The notes below the pieces were generated by a model. The model was given only the letters and a program-made list of their open reading frames with translations, did not search any database and had not been told where the DNA came from. A stretch of 64,000 nucleotides of DNA from an archaeon. Lineage in GTDB: Archaea > Undinarchaeota > CAZHTU01 > JBDRCC01. The stretch covers positions 32,001 to 96,000 of the forward strand of contig JBDRCC010000021.1 in NCBI GenBank assembly GCA_043822065.1, in the 5' to 3' direction. Shown here in pieces: positions 54,983 to 64,000 of this stretch (position 1 is the first letter of the stretch; every line of letters begins with the position of its first letter). Made by a program: the position numbers and the translations under genes.

Positions 54983-57070
54983 TCACTTCTTTCTGCTTTT
55001 GGCAGCCGCCTTCCTGTACCTGAACATTACAAGCCCGAGTATTACCAGGGCCGCTGTCGGCAGTACTACCATGAACACCAGGAGCGCAGTCCCGACCGAG
55101 GTCGAAACGCTCACCGGCTCACGCTCGGTTATGTCCACTATCTCCACCGAGTTATCTAACTCAATGCCGTTCCTGCTTAGGGTCGCGAATACTGTGTACT
55201 TGGCCTGCTTCATGGTTGAGGGCAGGTTATAGTCCTTGTACGTGACGTAAACCCCAGAATCAACTGTCGGCTCGAAGACATCAGCTATTACAGTCCCCTG
55301 TTCGTCATTAAGGTTGACCTCTACTGTAACTGTCTGCCCAAGGAGCTCCGCCCTGTTTATTATCGTGTAAATCCTAAGGGAGTCCTTCCTCTCGTTCAGC
55401 AGTGTCGGCTCCGGTGCAACGAGGAAATCCGGCACCTCTATGTTTATCCTGACGTCCTCGACTGCGAGCACATCCCCCTCAGACCTGACCAAAATGCTTA
55501 TGTCCTCTTGCGCAGGAATCTCGTACATCGGCGTAGCAACCTGGAAGTTGACAGTCAGCGTGTCCATAGGCTTCAGGCTCCCCCACCTCTGCGGCTCAGT
55601 GACCACCCAGTAGTCGGGAGTCCCCACAAGGACTTCAACATCGCCGTATGCCTTGGTGTCCGTGTTGGTTATCTTCACCGTTACCGGGAAGATGTCAAGC
55701 GTCCTGACCTGCTGCGGCACTGAAACATAGTCTATAGAAACGACCGGTTTGAAATCTTCGGCAATCTCGATTACTTCCCTCTCAAGCTCGACTGCGTTCG
55801 CCCCTATGGCGAAAACCGAAAGCCCTGGCACCTCAGTCTCAAAGTAAAGGAAGTCGTCGTCCTGGTCTCCAGTTTCCGTGTCGGCAAGGCTCCAATCCTT
55901 TTCAAGCCTGTAGAAGTCCACCTGGGACTCATCGATGTTGTTTTTCACTATCCAGTCCTTCGTGACCTTGTACTTTACCCTTACTGCGTCTATGTCCTCT
56001 TCTTCTATGTTCTTCTTGTCGACGGTTATGTACTGTGTCTTGTCCTTCGGGACGGTTGGCGCCTCAGGAGTCCCGATAAGCGCCTTGAACTTCAGTTCCA
56101 CATTCGCCAGGTCCTTATTCGGCTTTATGTAGACCTCCTCTATTCCAATCCTGCTCTTGCCAACTTCCACTTTCGTGAACTCTCCGGCTGGCAGGCTGCC
56201 GACATCTATAGTCTTCCTCCTGCCTATCCCGACAAACTCAAACTGCTGGGCAGCGCCCCTGCCGGAGGGCTCCATGCCGGTGTCAACCTCTACATTGCGG
56301 TCGTCCACAGCGTCGCACGTGTCCCCTATCCCATCAGAGTCCTTGTCAGCCTGCGCCGGGTTCGGGTCGTTCAGGCAGTTGTCGCAGGCGTCCCCAACGC
56401 CGTCAGCGTCGCCGCCGTCCTCCTGTCCAGGGTTCGCCGTAAACGGGCAGTTATCCGGTGGGCTTGTAATCCCATCCCCATCCCCGTCAAGCACTCCAAA
56501 CTCCGGGTCGCACGGGTTTCCATCCCCATCATCATCATGGTCCTCCTGCCCAGGGTTGTACAGCGTCGGGCAGTTGTCGCAGGCGTCCCCAACTTCGTCT
56601 ACCATATCCTCGTCAGTGTCAGCCTGGTCACTGTTGGCGTCCATCAGGCAGTTGTCGCAGGCGTCCCCAACGCCGTCAGCGTCGCCGCCGTCCTCCTGTC
56701 CAGGGTTCGCCGTAAACGGGCAGTTATCCGCCGTATTTATTATCCCATCTGAGTCCGAGTCCAGCGGCGGCAAGATTATGTTGCAATCTCTGCATATCAG
56801 GTAGTATTGGTTATAAAGTGCAATGTAGTCGTCATAGAGCTGGCTCGCTTCATACTCGATTAAGGTATCCATAACGACAAGGCACGTTGCTTCGGTACCT
56901 GGCAGGCAAAGGATGAGCGTGGTATTAATCGGCGGCCTGATTATCGGCTTAGGCTTTATAATATTAATAACCGGAACTCCACCCTTCGCAGCCTCTGCAA
57001 AGTGCGGCATAACTAAAATCACTAAAAGCAAAACTAAGCACAGTTTGGGGATGAAATTCTTTGACGTCAT
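54983..57070 (-). CDS. cell-surface protein with thrombospondin type-3 repeats, PGF-pre-PGF-like domain and C-terminal TM
   Basis: Signal peptide, DNCP..ANP.QED.D.DGVGDACD repeats, and VKYKVTKDWI...EVPGLSVFAI. Confidence 0.85.
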   Translation of the reverse strand: MTSKNFIPKLCLVLLLVILVMPHFAEAAKGGVPVINIIKPKPIIRPPINTTLILCLPGTEATCLVVMDTLIEYEASQLYDDYIALYNQYYLICRDCNIILPPLDSDSDGIINTADNCPFTANPGQEDGGDADGVGDACDNCLMDANSDQADTDEDMVDEVGDACDNCPTLYNPGQEDHDDDGDGNPCDPEFGVLDGDGDGITSPPDNCPFTANPGQEDGGDADGVGDACDNCLNDPNPAQADKDSDGIGDTCDAVDDRNVEVDTGMEPSGRGAAQQFEFVGIGRRKTIDVGSLPAGEFTKVEVGKSRIGIEEVYIKPNKDLANVELKFKALIGTPEAPTVPKDKTQYITVDKKNIEEEDIDAVRVKYKVTKDWIVKNNIDESQVDFYRLEKDWSLADTETGDQDDDFLYFETEVPGLSVFAIGANAVELEREVIEIAEDFKPVVSIDYVSVPQQVRTLDIFPVTVKITNTDTKAYGDVEVLVGTPDYWVVTEPQRWGSLKPMDTLTVNFQVATPMYEIPAQEDISILVRSEGDVLAVEDVRINIEVPDFLVAPEPTLLNERKDSLRIYTIINRAELLGQTVTVEVNLNDEQGTVIADVFEPTVDSGVYVTYKDYNLPSTMKQAKYTVFATLSRNGIELDNSVEIVDITEREPVSVSTSVGTALLVFMVVLPTAALVILGLVMFRYRKAAAKSRKK
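56371..56730. repeat. identical 87-bp intragenic direct repeat (56371-56457 and 56644-56730)
   Basis: Exact nucleotide identity across two TSP3 units. Confidence 0.9.
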
Positions 57071-57141
57071 GCCCTTTTTATATACTACCTTGTATAAAAA
57101 CGTCCGCCATTATTAAATATATATAAACCATCTAAACTCCC

Positions 57142-57441
57142 ATGATAGTCTTCGGATTTGAGGTCTCAATACTGCAGCTGATACTTGGCTACGCCGTACT
57201 CAGCGGCGCCTGCCTGATATTCCTGGCTGTCGAGCTCTACAAGCTGAGCTCGCTCCTTCTCCTTGAAAAGGGCGCCCTAAGCTCCTTCTCCAGCGGTCTC
57301 AAAGAATTCGAGGCGGAAGAAAAAAAGATAGCGCTCGAGGAAAAACGGATATCGAAAGACGAGCGCGAGATAGCCGAAGAGGAAGGCAAGCTCAAGGGCA
57401 TAATCTCCCGCGCCGGCAAGCGCATCAGGCGCAAAAAATAG
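57142..57441 (+). CDS. N-terminal TM plus coiled-coil protein
   Basis: MIVFGFEVSILQL..., paralog of 54673-54978. Confidence 0.7.
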   Translation: MIVFGFEVSILQLILGYAVLSGACLIFLAVELYKLSSLLLLEKGALSSFSSGLKEFEAEEKKIALEEKRISKDEREIAEEEGKLKGIISRAGKRIRRKK

Positions 57442-57492
57442 CCCTATGAAAGGGTATTTAAACAGCACTTTAGAAAATATATTCGAGGAAAT

Positions 57493-60400
57493 GTGGTTGG
57501 AAAATTAGAGCTGTCATCCATCTTAGGCATTGTGATATTTATCCTAGGGGCACTTATCTGGACCACCACCCCCGCTGGGTTCCTAATGCGCGACCACCTG
57601 ACCGGCTTCGCAACCTTGAACGCCGGCGATGCGTGCACCATCGACAGCGACTGCATATCCGGCTACTGCAGGAACGACTACGACGGCGGGAGCTTCTGCG
57701 CGGAAAACTCGACAGCCTGCGTGCATGATACCAGCCAGTACCCCTCAGAAGATAATCCGTTCTCGACAAACATTTCGGACTACAATGGTAGTGATTATCA
57801 TTGCAAGGATGGTCACTGGTCTGAGGACCCGTTCCAGAACTCAAGGACGTATTCCAGTCTGGACTTCTCGGCCGCAGGCATGAACGCATCAACCGCGGTT
57901 ACCGTCTTGGAAGGCGCAATCCTGCAGTCTGCGACGCTCTCAGCAAAGTTCAACGGCACCCAGGCATACTGGATGACTTACAGCGCCTCACCCGATGACA
58001 CCCGCCTCACTTACGACTCAGCAGCGTCGTCCGAGCCTTCTGTCCTCCTCCATCCCAATGGGGACGCCTCAATAGTCTGGACTGACGCAAGGGAAGGGGG
58101 AGAGGAGGTTTACTACAAGAAAATAAATGCAACAGGCAGTATGCTGGTCAACGACACACGCCTCAGCGCGGGCGGGCTGACGTCTAGGTACGTCTCCGCA
58201 GCCATTGACACCGCAGAAAATATCTATCTCGTTTGGGAGGACGCGCAGGATGTATACTTCAAGAAAGCCAATTCTACGGGCGGGGAGCTCGTTTCACCGA
58301 CACAGCTCACCAATAGCACTGATGCCTACCGCCCTTACGTAGCCCTTGACAGCTCAGGCAGCATCCATATAGTCTGGTACGACCGCAGGGACTGGGTGAA
58401 GGGCGCTGACATCTACTACACTAAAATAGACGGCAGTGGGGCTACAGTCGTCGATGACATGCGGCTGACTACAAGCGGCACCGGAAGCTCCCCAATTGCG
58501 GTCGTAGACGCATCAAACAGCGTCCACGTCCTCTGGGTGTCGTCCTCTGAGGTCTATTACACAAAACTCGACAACAGTGGGAACACTATAATAGACGACA
58601 CCCAAGTCACCTCAACAGGGGCGAAATCAAATTTTCCGCATGCCACGGTCGATTCCTCAGGTAACATCTCCTTTGTTTGGACGTATGAACTCGTTTTACA
58701 TTCGGTTTCTGAAATATACTACAAGCAGTTAAACCTGACCGGCTCAGAGCTGATAGGAGACACTCAGCTGACATATACTTCTGCTTTCGCACAGAAGCCG
58801 AAGATTGTAAACCAGTCTTGCGCGCTTTTTGTTGCCTGGTACGATTCCCGCACAGGTAACAATGAGGTATACTACAAGAAGCTTAACGCAACTGGCGGCA
58901 CGCTGATTAACGATACGCAGGTGACCAACGATGGCGGCGCCTCCACATACCCCACTGTTGCGGTCGATCCAGACCTAAGCGTCTATATAGCATGGCAGGA
59001 CGACAGAGCCGGGAACAGCGAGATATACTTCGAGAGGCAGAGCTACGGCTCAAACCAGATTACCGCAACCCTGGAAGTCCCGGCAGCACCGCCGGCGGTT
59101 ACCCTCAGTAACTCAGGCACCTACTACTCCCTGAATATGACCTCCCAGCTCCAGCAGTACATGAACTCCTACTGCACATCGGGCAACTGTACAATGCCGA
59201 TAACTGTCTCGGTCAACTCCCAAGCATTGGTAGTCCTAGACAACCTCGCAGTAGTCTACGCGACGATGCCAGTCCTTGACGCGCTGTCAAACCAGACCAT
59301 TGTGACAAACCAGCCGTTTGTGTATGACATAAACGCCTCTGATTTGGACGGCGGGCCACTTACCTTCTCTGACAATACTGCCCTCTTCGACATTGACCCG
59401 GCAAGCGGCGTAATATCTTTCACCCCAACAGAATTTGGCAGCCACTTGGTGAACATCTCAGTATCAGACGGGACCTACTCTGACTCCCAGGTAGTTCTCT
59501 TTACCATAAACTCGCTGTCGGAATGCACCTACGATGCCGAATGCCCGTCGGGCTACTGCAGGAACGACTACGACGGCGGCAAATTCTGTGCTGTCAACAC
59601 GACAGCCTGCGTCCACAATGGAGATCAATACCCGTCAGAAGCTGCCTACTCCTCAAACAAGATAACACTCGCACCAAGCACTTACAGGTGCAGAGGCGGG
59701 CACTGGTCTGAGGACCCGTTTGGCAACAACAACACATTCTCTGACGTGTCGTTCATCGAGGCAAAAACGGATAGCTCATCCTTCATCGCCCCCCCTATAC
59801 GGATGATATTCGATTCCGCGTATATGGACGTCAGCGGCAAACCAATTACGCTTGCCCCCGGCGCTTACATGGGGCCATACACTGACTCTCTCAACGATGT
59901 CGCCTTCATAGACAAAGAGACGGTCAACGGAGATACGAAATTCTTTGTTTCAGGCGGCTACTACCAACCAAGTTTGTTCAAATCCGCGGTTGCAGTCTAC
60001 AATTACTCAAACGGCGCATTCAATCTTGAGAACATGACACTCCTTTATATCAATGAGAAAGCATGTGGCCTCGACGCAACCACTGTAAACGGCGAAACGA
60101 AAGTCTTTGTGTCAGCAACGGGCTCTAGCGGAGTTGTGCTGGCGGTCTTAAACTACACAAACGGGAAGCTTTACGTAGAAAACTATACCGCCACTCCAAT
60201 TGGAACTATTACTGAACAAGAGGTGGCAGTCGCCTTCGATGCCGGAGGGCAGAAAAAGATATTGACCACGCTTAAGCCGAGCCTCAACACAAATGCGCTC
60301 ATGGTGTTTAACTACACTAACGGCAAGCTATACGCGGAAAACTACACGCTTGTGAACAGCTCAATAGAGCTCATATTTGACGCTGCTGCTGGCGCAATAG

Positions 60401-62580
60401 ACGGCCAGCCAAAGATTTTCATCAGCGGATATTTTATTAAAATGCCGGAGTTTGTGTTTGAGGCGGTATTGGCGGTATACAACTACACCGACGGAAAGCT
60501 CTACGAGGAGGACATACTCCGCGACCCAGCCAATACTTATGCATACGGCGTTGCAGTCGCAAACATAAGCTCTCAGCCAAAGATACTGGTTACTGGATAC
60601 AGTTCTAACTCCAACATCTACACCAGCATCTACAACTACACTGGCGGGAAGCTTTACCAGGAGAACTTCACCACTCTCCGATTGGCGCCGTCTTCCGGTC
60701 AGGCGGTAGCACTTGCCGAGTTTGGCGGGCAGGAAAAAATACTCTCTGCCGGATCTGTGACGGACGGGGTTTCCCCTTCCAGCAATACCGATTTCCTGTT
60801 CGTTGTATACAACTATACTGAAGGCAAGCTGCTCGTCGAGAACTACACGATCCAGGATAACAACGCAAACTACGATTCCGTTGCCTCCGTTACTGTCGCC
60901 AACATAAGCGGAAGGCAAACCGCAGTATTCGTGGGGGACAGCGGCGCGGGAGGCAGCAATATAGGAAGAATTATGGCATACGATTACTTCCTGGAAAACG
61001 TTACAGAAACCCCGTACGACGTTTCCGTTGACGTTGGCACCGATAACTCTGTTGAATGGCAGTACACCAGCTATCTAAACCAATCAGTTGCGCCGCACAC
61101 AATCGACCTAAAGAGCACGCTCGAATCCCTTACACAGACTTGTGAGGATGCCGACCATGACCTTTTCTGCGACTCTATACTGATAGACGTCTCCGTTAGC
61201 GGGAGGGGAGTAATAACCCTAGATAACCTCCGCATAGCGTACAGTTACTACCCAGACACCGGCCAGGCTTGCCAGGAGAATCTTAACTGCTCGCTGCGCT
61301 ACTGCAGGAATGATTACACGGCTCAGAAATACTGCGCGTACAATGCCTCCACCTGCGTCCACGACGGCGATTGGTACCTCTCACAAGGCTTGTTCTCAAG
61401 CTTGATGGACGCGTATGGCACGAATAGACGGTGCAACCTCGGCCACTGGTCGCAGGACCCATTCGCCGATGGCAACACTTACGCCTATGCGATCTTCAAC
61501 AGCAGCTTCGGCGAAATGAGCTCAAACGCCTCCATAATCATAAGGCCTTACAAAGGCGGGAACGTCACCGAAGCCCACTTCTTCGTAACCTCCGAAACCA
61601 ATGTCACAAACAACACCCTCAACAACGTCACAATAGACGTAGGCAATGACGGCACATACGAGTGGAATTACACGGGTAACTTCACACAAACCCAGTCACC
61701 GGTTAACCTTTCGTTCGCATCAACCCTCACAGAGCTTGCAGCAGGCTGCACCAACACAAACGATGCCTATTGCGACGGCATATACATCAACATCTCCGCC
61801 AACGGAGCTGGAACAGTAACCCTTGACAACCTCCTTATAGACTACAGGCTGCACGACGGCACCGGCTGTGATGCAGACTACAAATGCAATTCGCTCCACT
61901 GCGTCCATGGGACTTGCAGACCGACATACCCCTACCCTAATGACGGGTACTGCGACCCAGGGGAGTACTGCGAAAATGAAAATGCCTGCTGCAATGAAAT
62001 CACTGTCCTGCCTGCATATCCGCGGCTTCCCCGGCCCGGTCAGATGCCTTCAAGACCGCCTTCAAGCGCGCCGCAGGTAGAGATTGACGGAACCACAGGG
62101 GGAGGCGGCGAAAAAGGGTCGATAGAAGGGACTGGAACCAAAGCAGCAATAGCTGAAGACACGGAAGTAATGGCGGAGCGTGAGAGCTGGTGCACCCCGA
62201 TAGTAATAATAAAGAACGTGGTGCCCGTAGTGAGCATCGTGCACACCGAGGACGGGCCGATACTAATTGAGCTTACCGACTCGCAGGGCGTATCGCTCAA
62301 GTGTGTCCACATAACGGTTGTATTCACATCAGGTCAAGTCTTTACCCTGAGGACGAACGAGCTCGGCTTTGCAGAAATAAAGACCTACGAAGGCGATCCG
62401 CTCGAAGTAAGGATTGAGGAGGGTGGAATAGCGCTTGCAACACTCAACAAGGATGAGCTGGCAGCCGCGACCACAATGATCTCGCCGGAGGCAGCCCGTC
62501 AATTCAGCACGTGGATGGTAATTGCCCTTGTAGTGATGATACTACCCCTTATCTTCTTCTACCTTATGATGCGGCGCTGA
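57493..62580 (+). CDS. large modular surface glycoprotein (Cys-rich repeats, propeller-like repeats, cadherin-like domain, C-terminal TM)
   Basis: Three YCRNDY...CVH...GHWS.DPF modules, W.D.R.G..E.YY repeats, YNYT.GKL..EN repeats, INASDLDG...IDPASGVISFTP and many N-x-S/T sequons. Confidence 0.8.
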   Translation: MVGKLELSSILGIVIFILGALIWTTTPAGFLMRDHLTGFATLNAGDACTIDSDCISGYCRNDYDGGSFCAENSTACVHDTSQYPSEDNPFSTNISDYNGSDYHCKDGHWSEDPFQNSRTYSSLDFSAAGMNASTAVTVLEGAILQSATLSAKFNGTQAYWMTYSASPDDTRLTYDSAASSEPSVLLHPNGDASIVWTDAREGGEEVYYKKINATGSMLVNDTRLSAGGLTSRYVSAAIDTAENIYLVWEDAQDVYFKKANSTGGELVSPTQLTNSTDAYRPYVALDSSGSIHIVWYDRRDWVKGADIYYTKIDGSGATVVDDMRLTTSGTGSSPIAVVDASNSVHVLWVSSSEVYYTKLDNSGNTIIDDTQVTSTGAKSNFPHATVDSSGNISFVWTYELVLHSVSEIYYKQLNLTGSELIGDTQLTYTSAFAQKPKIVNQSCALFVAWYDSRTGNNEVYYKKLNATGGTLINDTQVTNDGGASTYPTVAVDPDLSVYIAWQDDRAGNSEIYFERQSYGSNQITATLEVPAAPPAVTLSNSGTYYSLNMTSQLQQYMNSYCTSGNCTMPITVSVNSQALVVLDNLAVVYATMPVLDALSNQTIVTNQPFVYDINASDLDGGPLTFSDNTALFDIDPASGVISFTPTEFGSHLVNISVSDGTYSDSQVVLFTINSLSECTYDAECPSGYCRNDYDGGKFCAVNTTACVHNGDQYPSEAAYSSNKITLAPSTYRCRGGHWSEDPFGNNNTFSDVSFIEAKTDSSSFIAPPIRMIFDSAYMDVSGKPITLAPGAYMGPYTDSLNDVAFIDKETVNGDTKFFVSGGYYQPSLFKSAVAVYNYSNGAFNLENMTLLYINEKACGLDATTVNGETKVFVSATGSSGVVLAVLNYTNGKLYVENYTATPIGTITEQEVAVAFDAGGQKKILTTLKPSLNTNALMVFNYTNGKLYAENYTLVNSSIELIFDAAAGAIDGQPKIFISGYFIKMPEFVFEAVLAVYNYTDGKLYEEDILRDPANTYAYGVAVANISSQPKILVTGYSSNSNIYTSIYNYTGGKLYQENFTTLRLAPSSGQAVALAEFGGQEKILSAGSVTDGVSPSSNTDFLFVVYNYTEGKLLVENYTIQDNNANYDSVASVTVANISGRQTAVFVGDSGAGGSNIGRIMAYDYFLENVTETPYDVSVDVGTDNSVEWQYTSYLNQSVAPHTIDLKSTLESLTQTCEDADHDLFCDSILIDVSVSGRGVITLDNLRIAYSYYPDTGQACQENLNCSLRYCRNDYTAQKYCAYNASTCVHDGDWYLSQGLFSSLMDAYGTNRRCNLGHWSQDPFADGNTYAYAIFNSSFGEMSSNASIIIRPYKGGNVTEAHFFVTSETNVTNNTLNNVTIDVGNDGTYEWNYTGNFTQTQSPVNLSFASTLTELAAGCTNTNDAYCDGIYINISANGAGTVTLDNLLIDYRLHDGTGCDADYKCNSLHCVHGTCRPTYPYPNDGYCDPGEYCENENACCNEITVLPAYPRLPRPGQMPSRPPSSAPQVEIDGTTGGGGEKGSIEGTGTKAAIAEDTEVMAERESWCTPIVIIKNVVPVVSIVHTEDGPILIELTDSQGVSLKCVHITVVFTSGQVFTLRTNELGFAEIKTYEGDPLEVRIEEGGIALATLNKDELAAATTMISPEAARQFSTWMVIALVVMILPLIFFYLMMRR

Positions 62581-64000
62581 CCTTCCCGTTTCGCAGAATG
62601 AGCTTCCGGTCTATTCCCCTCAGCCCGCTGGTGTGGTGGGTTATTATTATGGTCGTCTTGCCCTTCGTCACCTTCTCGAGCGCACTATAGACTGCTTTCT
62701 CAGACGCCTTGTCAAGGCTTGAGGTCGCTTCATCCAACACTATTATGTCGGGATTCTTCAGCACAGTCCTTGCTATGGATATCCTCTGCTTCTGCCCGCC
62801 AGAAAGGTTTGAGCCGCGCTGGCCAACACAGGTGTCATAGCCGTGGGGCAGGGACTTTATGAAGTCGTGTATGTTTGCGACCTTTGCTGCCTCCTCTACC
62901 TCTTGGTGGGTCGCGTTCAGCTTTCCGAAAAGTATGTTTTGCCTTATCGTTGTGTTGAACAGTACCGACTCCTGGCTTATCACTCCAATCTCCTTTCTGA
63001 GGGATGCAAGCTTAAGGTCCCTCAGGTCCTTCCCGTCCAGCTTAATGCTGCCCTTGACTGGGTCGTAAAACCGCATGAGCAGGTCAACAATGGTCGACTT
63101 GCCCTCTCCGCTCGGGCCGCTGATAAGCACCTTCTCCCCTGGGTTTATCTCAAAATCAACCCCCCTCAGAACCGGCTTCTTTTGGTCGTAGGCAAAATGC
63201 ACCCCGCTGAACTCAATCCAGCCCCGCACTCTTCCCAACCTCTTTGCCATCTTCCGTTCCTTCACCTCTGGCGCCGTGTCCAGGAAGCTGAAAACCCGGT
63301 CCACCGAGACCATCGTGCTCTGTATGGCTATGTTCACAGTCCCTAACGTAGACACCGGCCCGAAAAGCATTTCTATGTACGCCATCAGTGCGACAAGCGT
63401 CCCGAGGGTCATGATACCGACTATCACATAATACCCGCCAAGGGAGAATATGACAAACATCGGCATGAAGGTGACAAAACCTATCATGACGCCAGCCATA
63501 GCTGATATCACCGAGATCTTCACGCTCATGTTTATCAGCGACTTAGACTTCTTCTTGTAAAGCTCGAGCTCGTACTTCTCCCTGATGAATGTCTGCACGA
63601 GCTTAATCAGGGCGAGCTTCTCCTGCAGGAAGCCGAGGATGTCCGCGCTTCTCACGCGCAGTTTCCTCTTCTCAACCTTAATTTTTTTCCCGTAATGCAG
63701 CTGGAGCTTTACGTACAGCGGGAATACCAGCAGGGACGCAAGCGTCACCTTCCAGTTAAGGTAAAGGCAGACGACCAGTATTGCAGTGCCTGTGAATATG
63801 TTCAAAAGGACGTTCGTCAGCAGGATTTCTATAAGGTCGTTTATCCCCGCTACGTCAACAACAAGCCGGGTAAGTATGTCCCCAAGCTTCTTCTTGTTGA
63901 AAAAGCTCATGCCGAGGCGCTCAATGTGGGAAAACAGCTCCACCCTTACGTCATACGTTATCCGCTCTGTTAGGAGAGTTGACGCGTACGCCATCACAAC
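62564..64000 (-). CDS. ABC exporter, fused permease/ATPase (5' end outside window)
   Basis: GPSGEGKST, LSGGQKQRISIAR and LDEATSSLD. Confidence 0.94.
   Translation of the reverse strand, partial: VVMAYASTLLTERITYDVRVELFSHIERLGMSFFNKKKLGDILTRLVVDVAGINDLIEILLTNVLLNIFTGTAILVVCLYLNWKVTLASLLVFPLYVKLQLHYGKKIKVEKRKLRVRSADILGFLQEKLALIKLVQTFIREKYELELYKKKSKSLINMSVKISVISAMAGVMIGFVTFMPMFVIFSLGGYYVIVGIMTLGTLVALMAYIEMLFGPVSTLGTVNIAIQSTMVSVDRVFSFLDTAPEVKERKMAKRLGRVRGWIEFSGVHFAYDQKKPVLRGVDFEINPGEKVLISGPSGEGKSTIVDLLMRFYDPVKGSIKLDGKDLRDLKLASLRKEIGVISQESVLFNTTIRQNILFGKLNATHQEVEEAAKVANIHDFIKSLPHGYDTCVGQRGSNLSGGQKQRISIARTVLKNPDIIVLDEATSSLDKASEKAVYSALEKVTKGKTTIIITHHTSGLRGIDRKLILRNGKVSAAS

Noticed and set aside
1-64000. 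Stop-codon recoding, inteins or tRNA introns
   Set aside because: Conserved genes are full length under the standard code, RadA has no insertion, and both tRNAs are uninterrupted.

Overview
This is an archaeal chromosomal segment, as shown by radA, RPA, purO, trm56, ribK, geranylgeranyl reductase, an archaeal SRP RNA, an initiator tRNA with A1:U72, and TATA boxes with many apparently leaderless genes. Dense packing and the surface-protein repertoire suggest a DPANN-like lineage with substantial biosynthetic capacity (inference only). Housekeeping content includes de novo purine genes (purB, purM, purO, purD, purE, guaB), aspS, ileS, alaX, rnhB, tRNA modification genes, trkAH, rpa-radA, two tRNAs and the SRP RNA. 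There is also an aryl-acid module (symporter, paaK, aminotransferase, iorAB) and two large surface proteins. The most striking signal is a dispersed family of short elements with three arms (TnCTm / AGA / AnGAm) whose arm lengths covary as expected for an intrastrand triple helix. All copies I found face the same way, two are flanked by 31-34 bp duplications of convergent gene ends with an identical 69-bp period, and one carries a nested double-hairpin insert. Unusual fusions include a four-cluster ferredoxin-CpaF/VirB11 ATPase, a USP-like domain joined to a primase-large-subunit Fe-S-like domain, and PurO joined to an HD hydrolase. All annotations come from motif recognition by eye; no searches were run.
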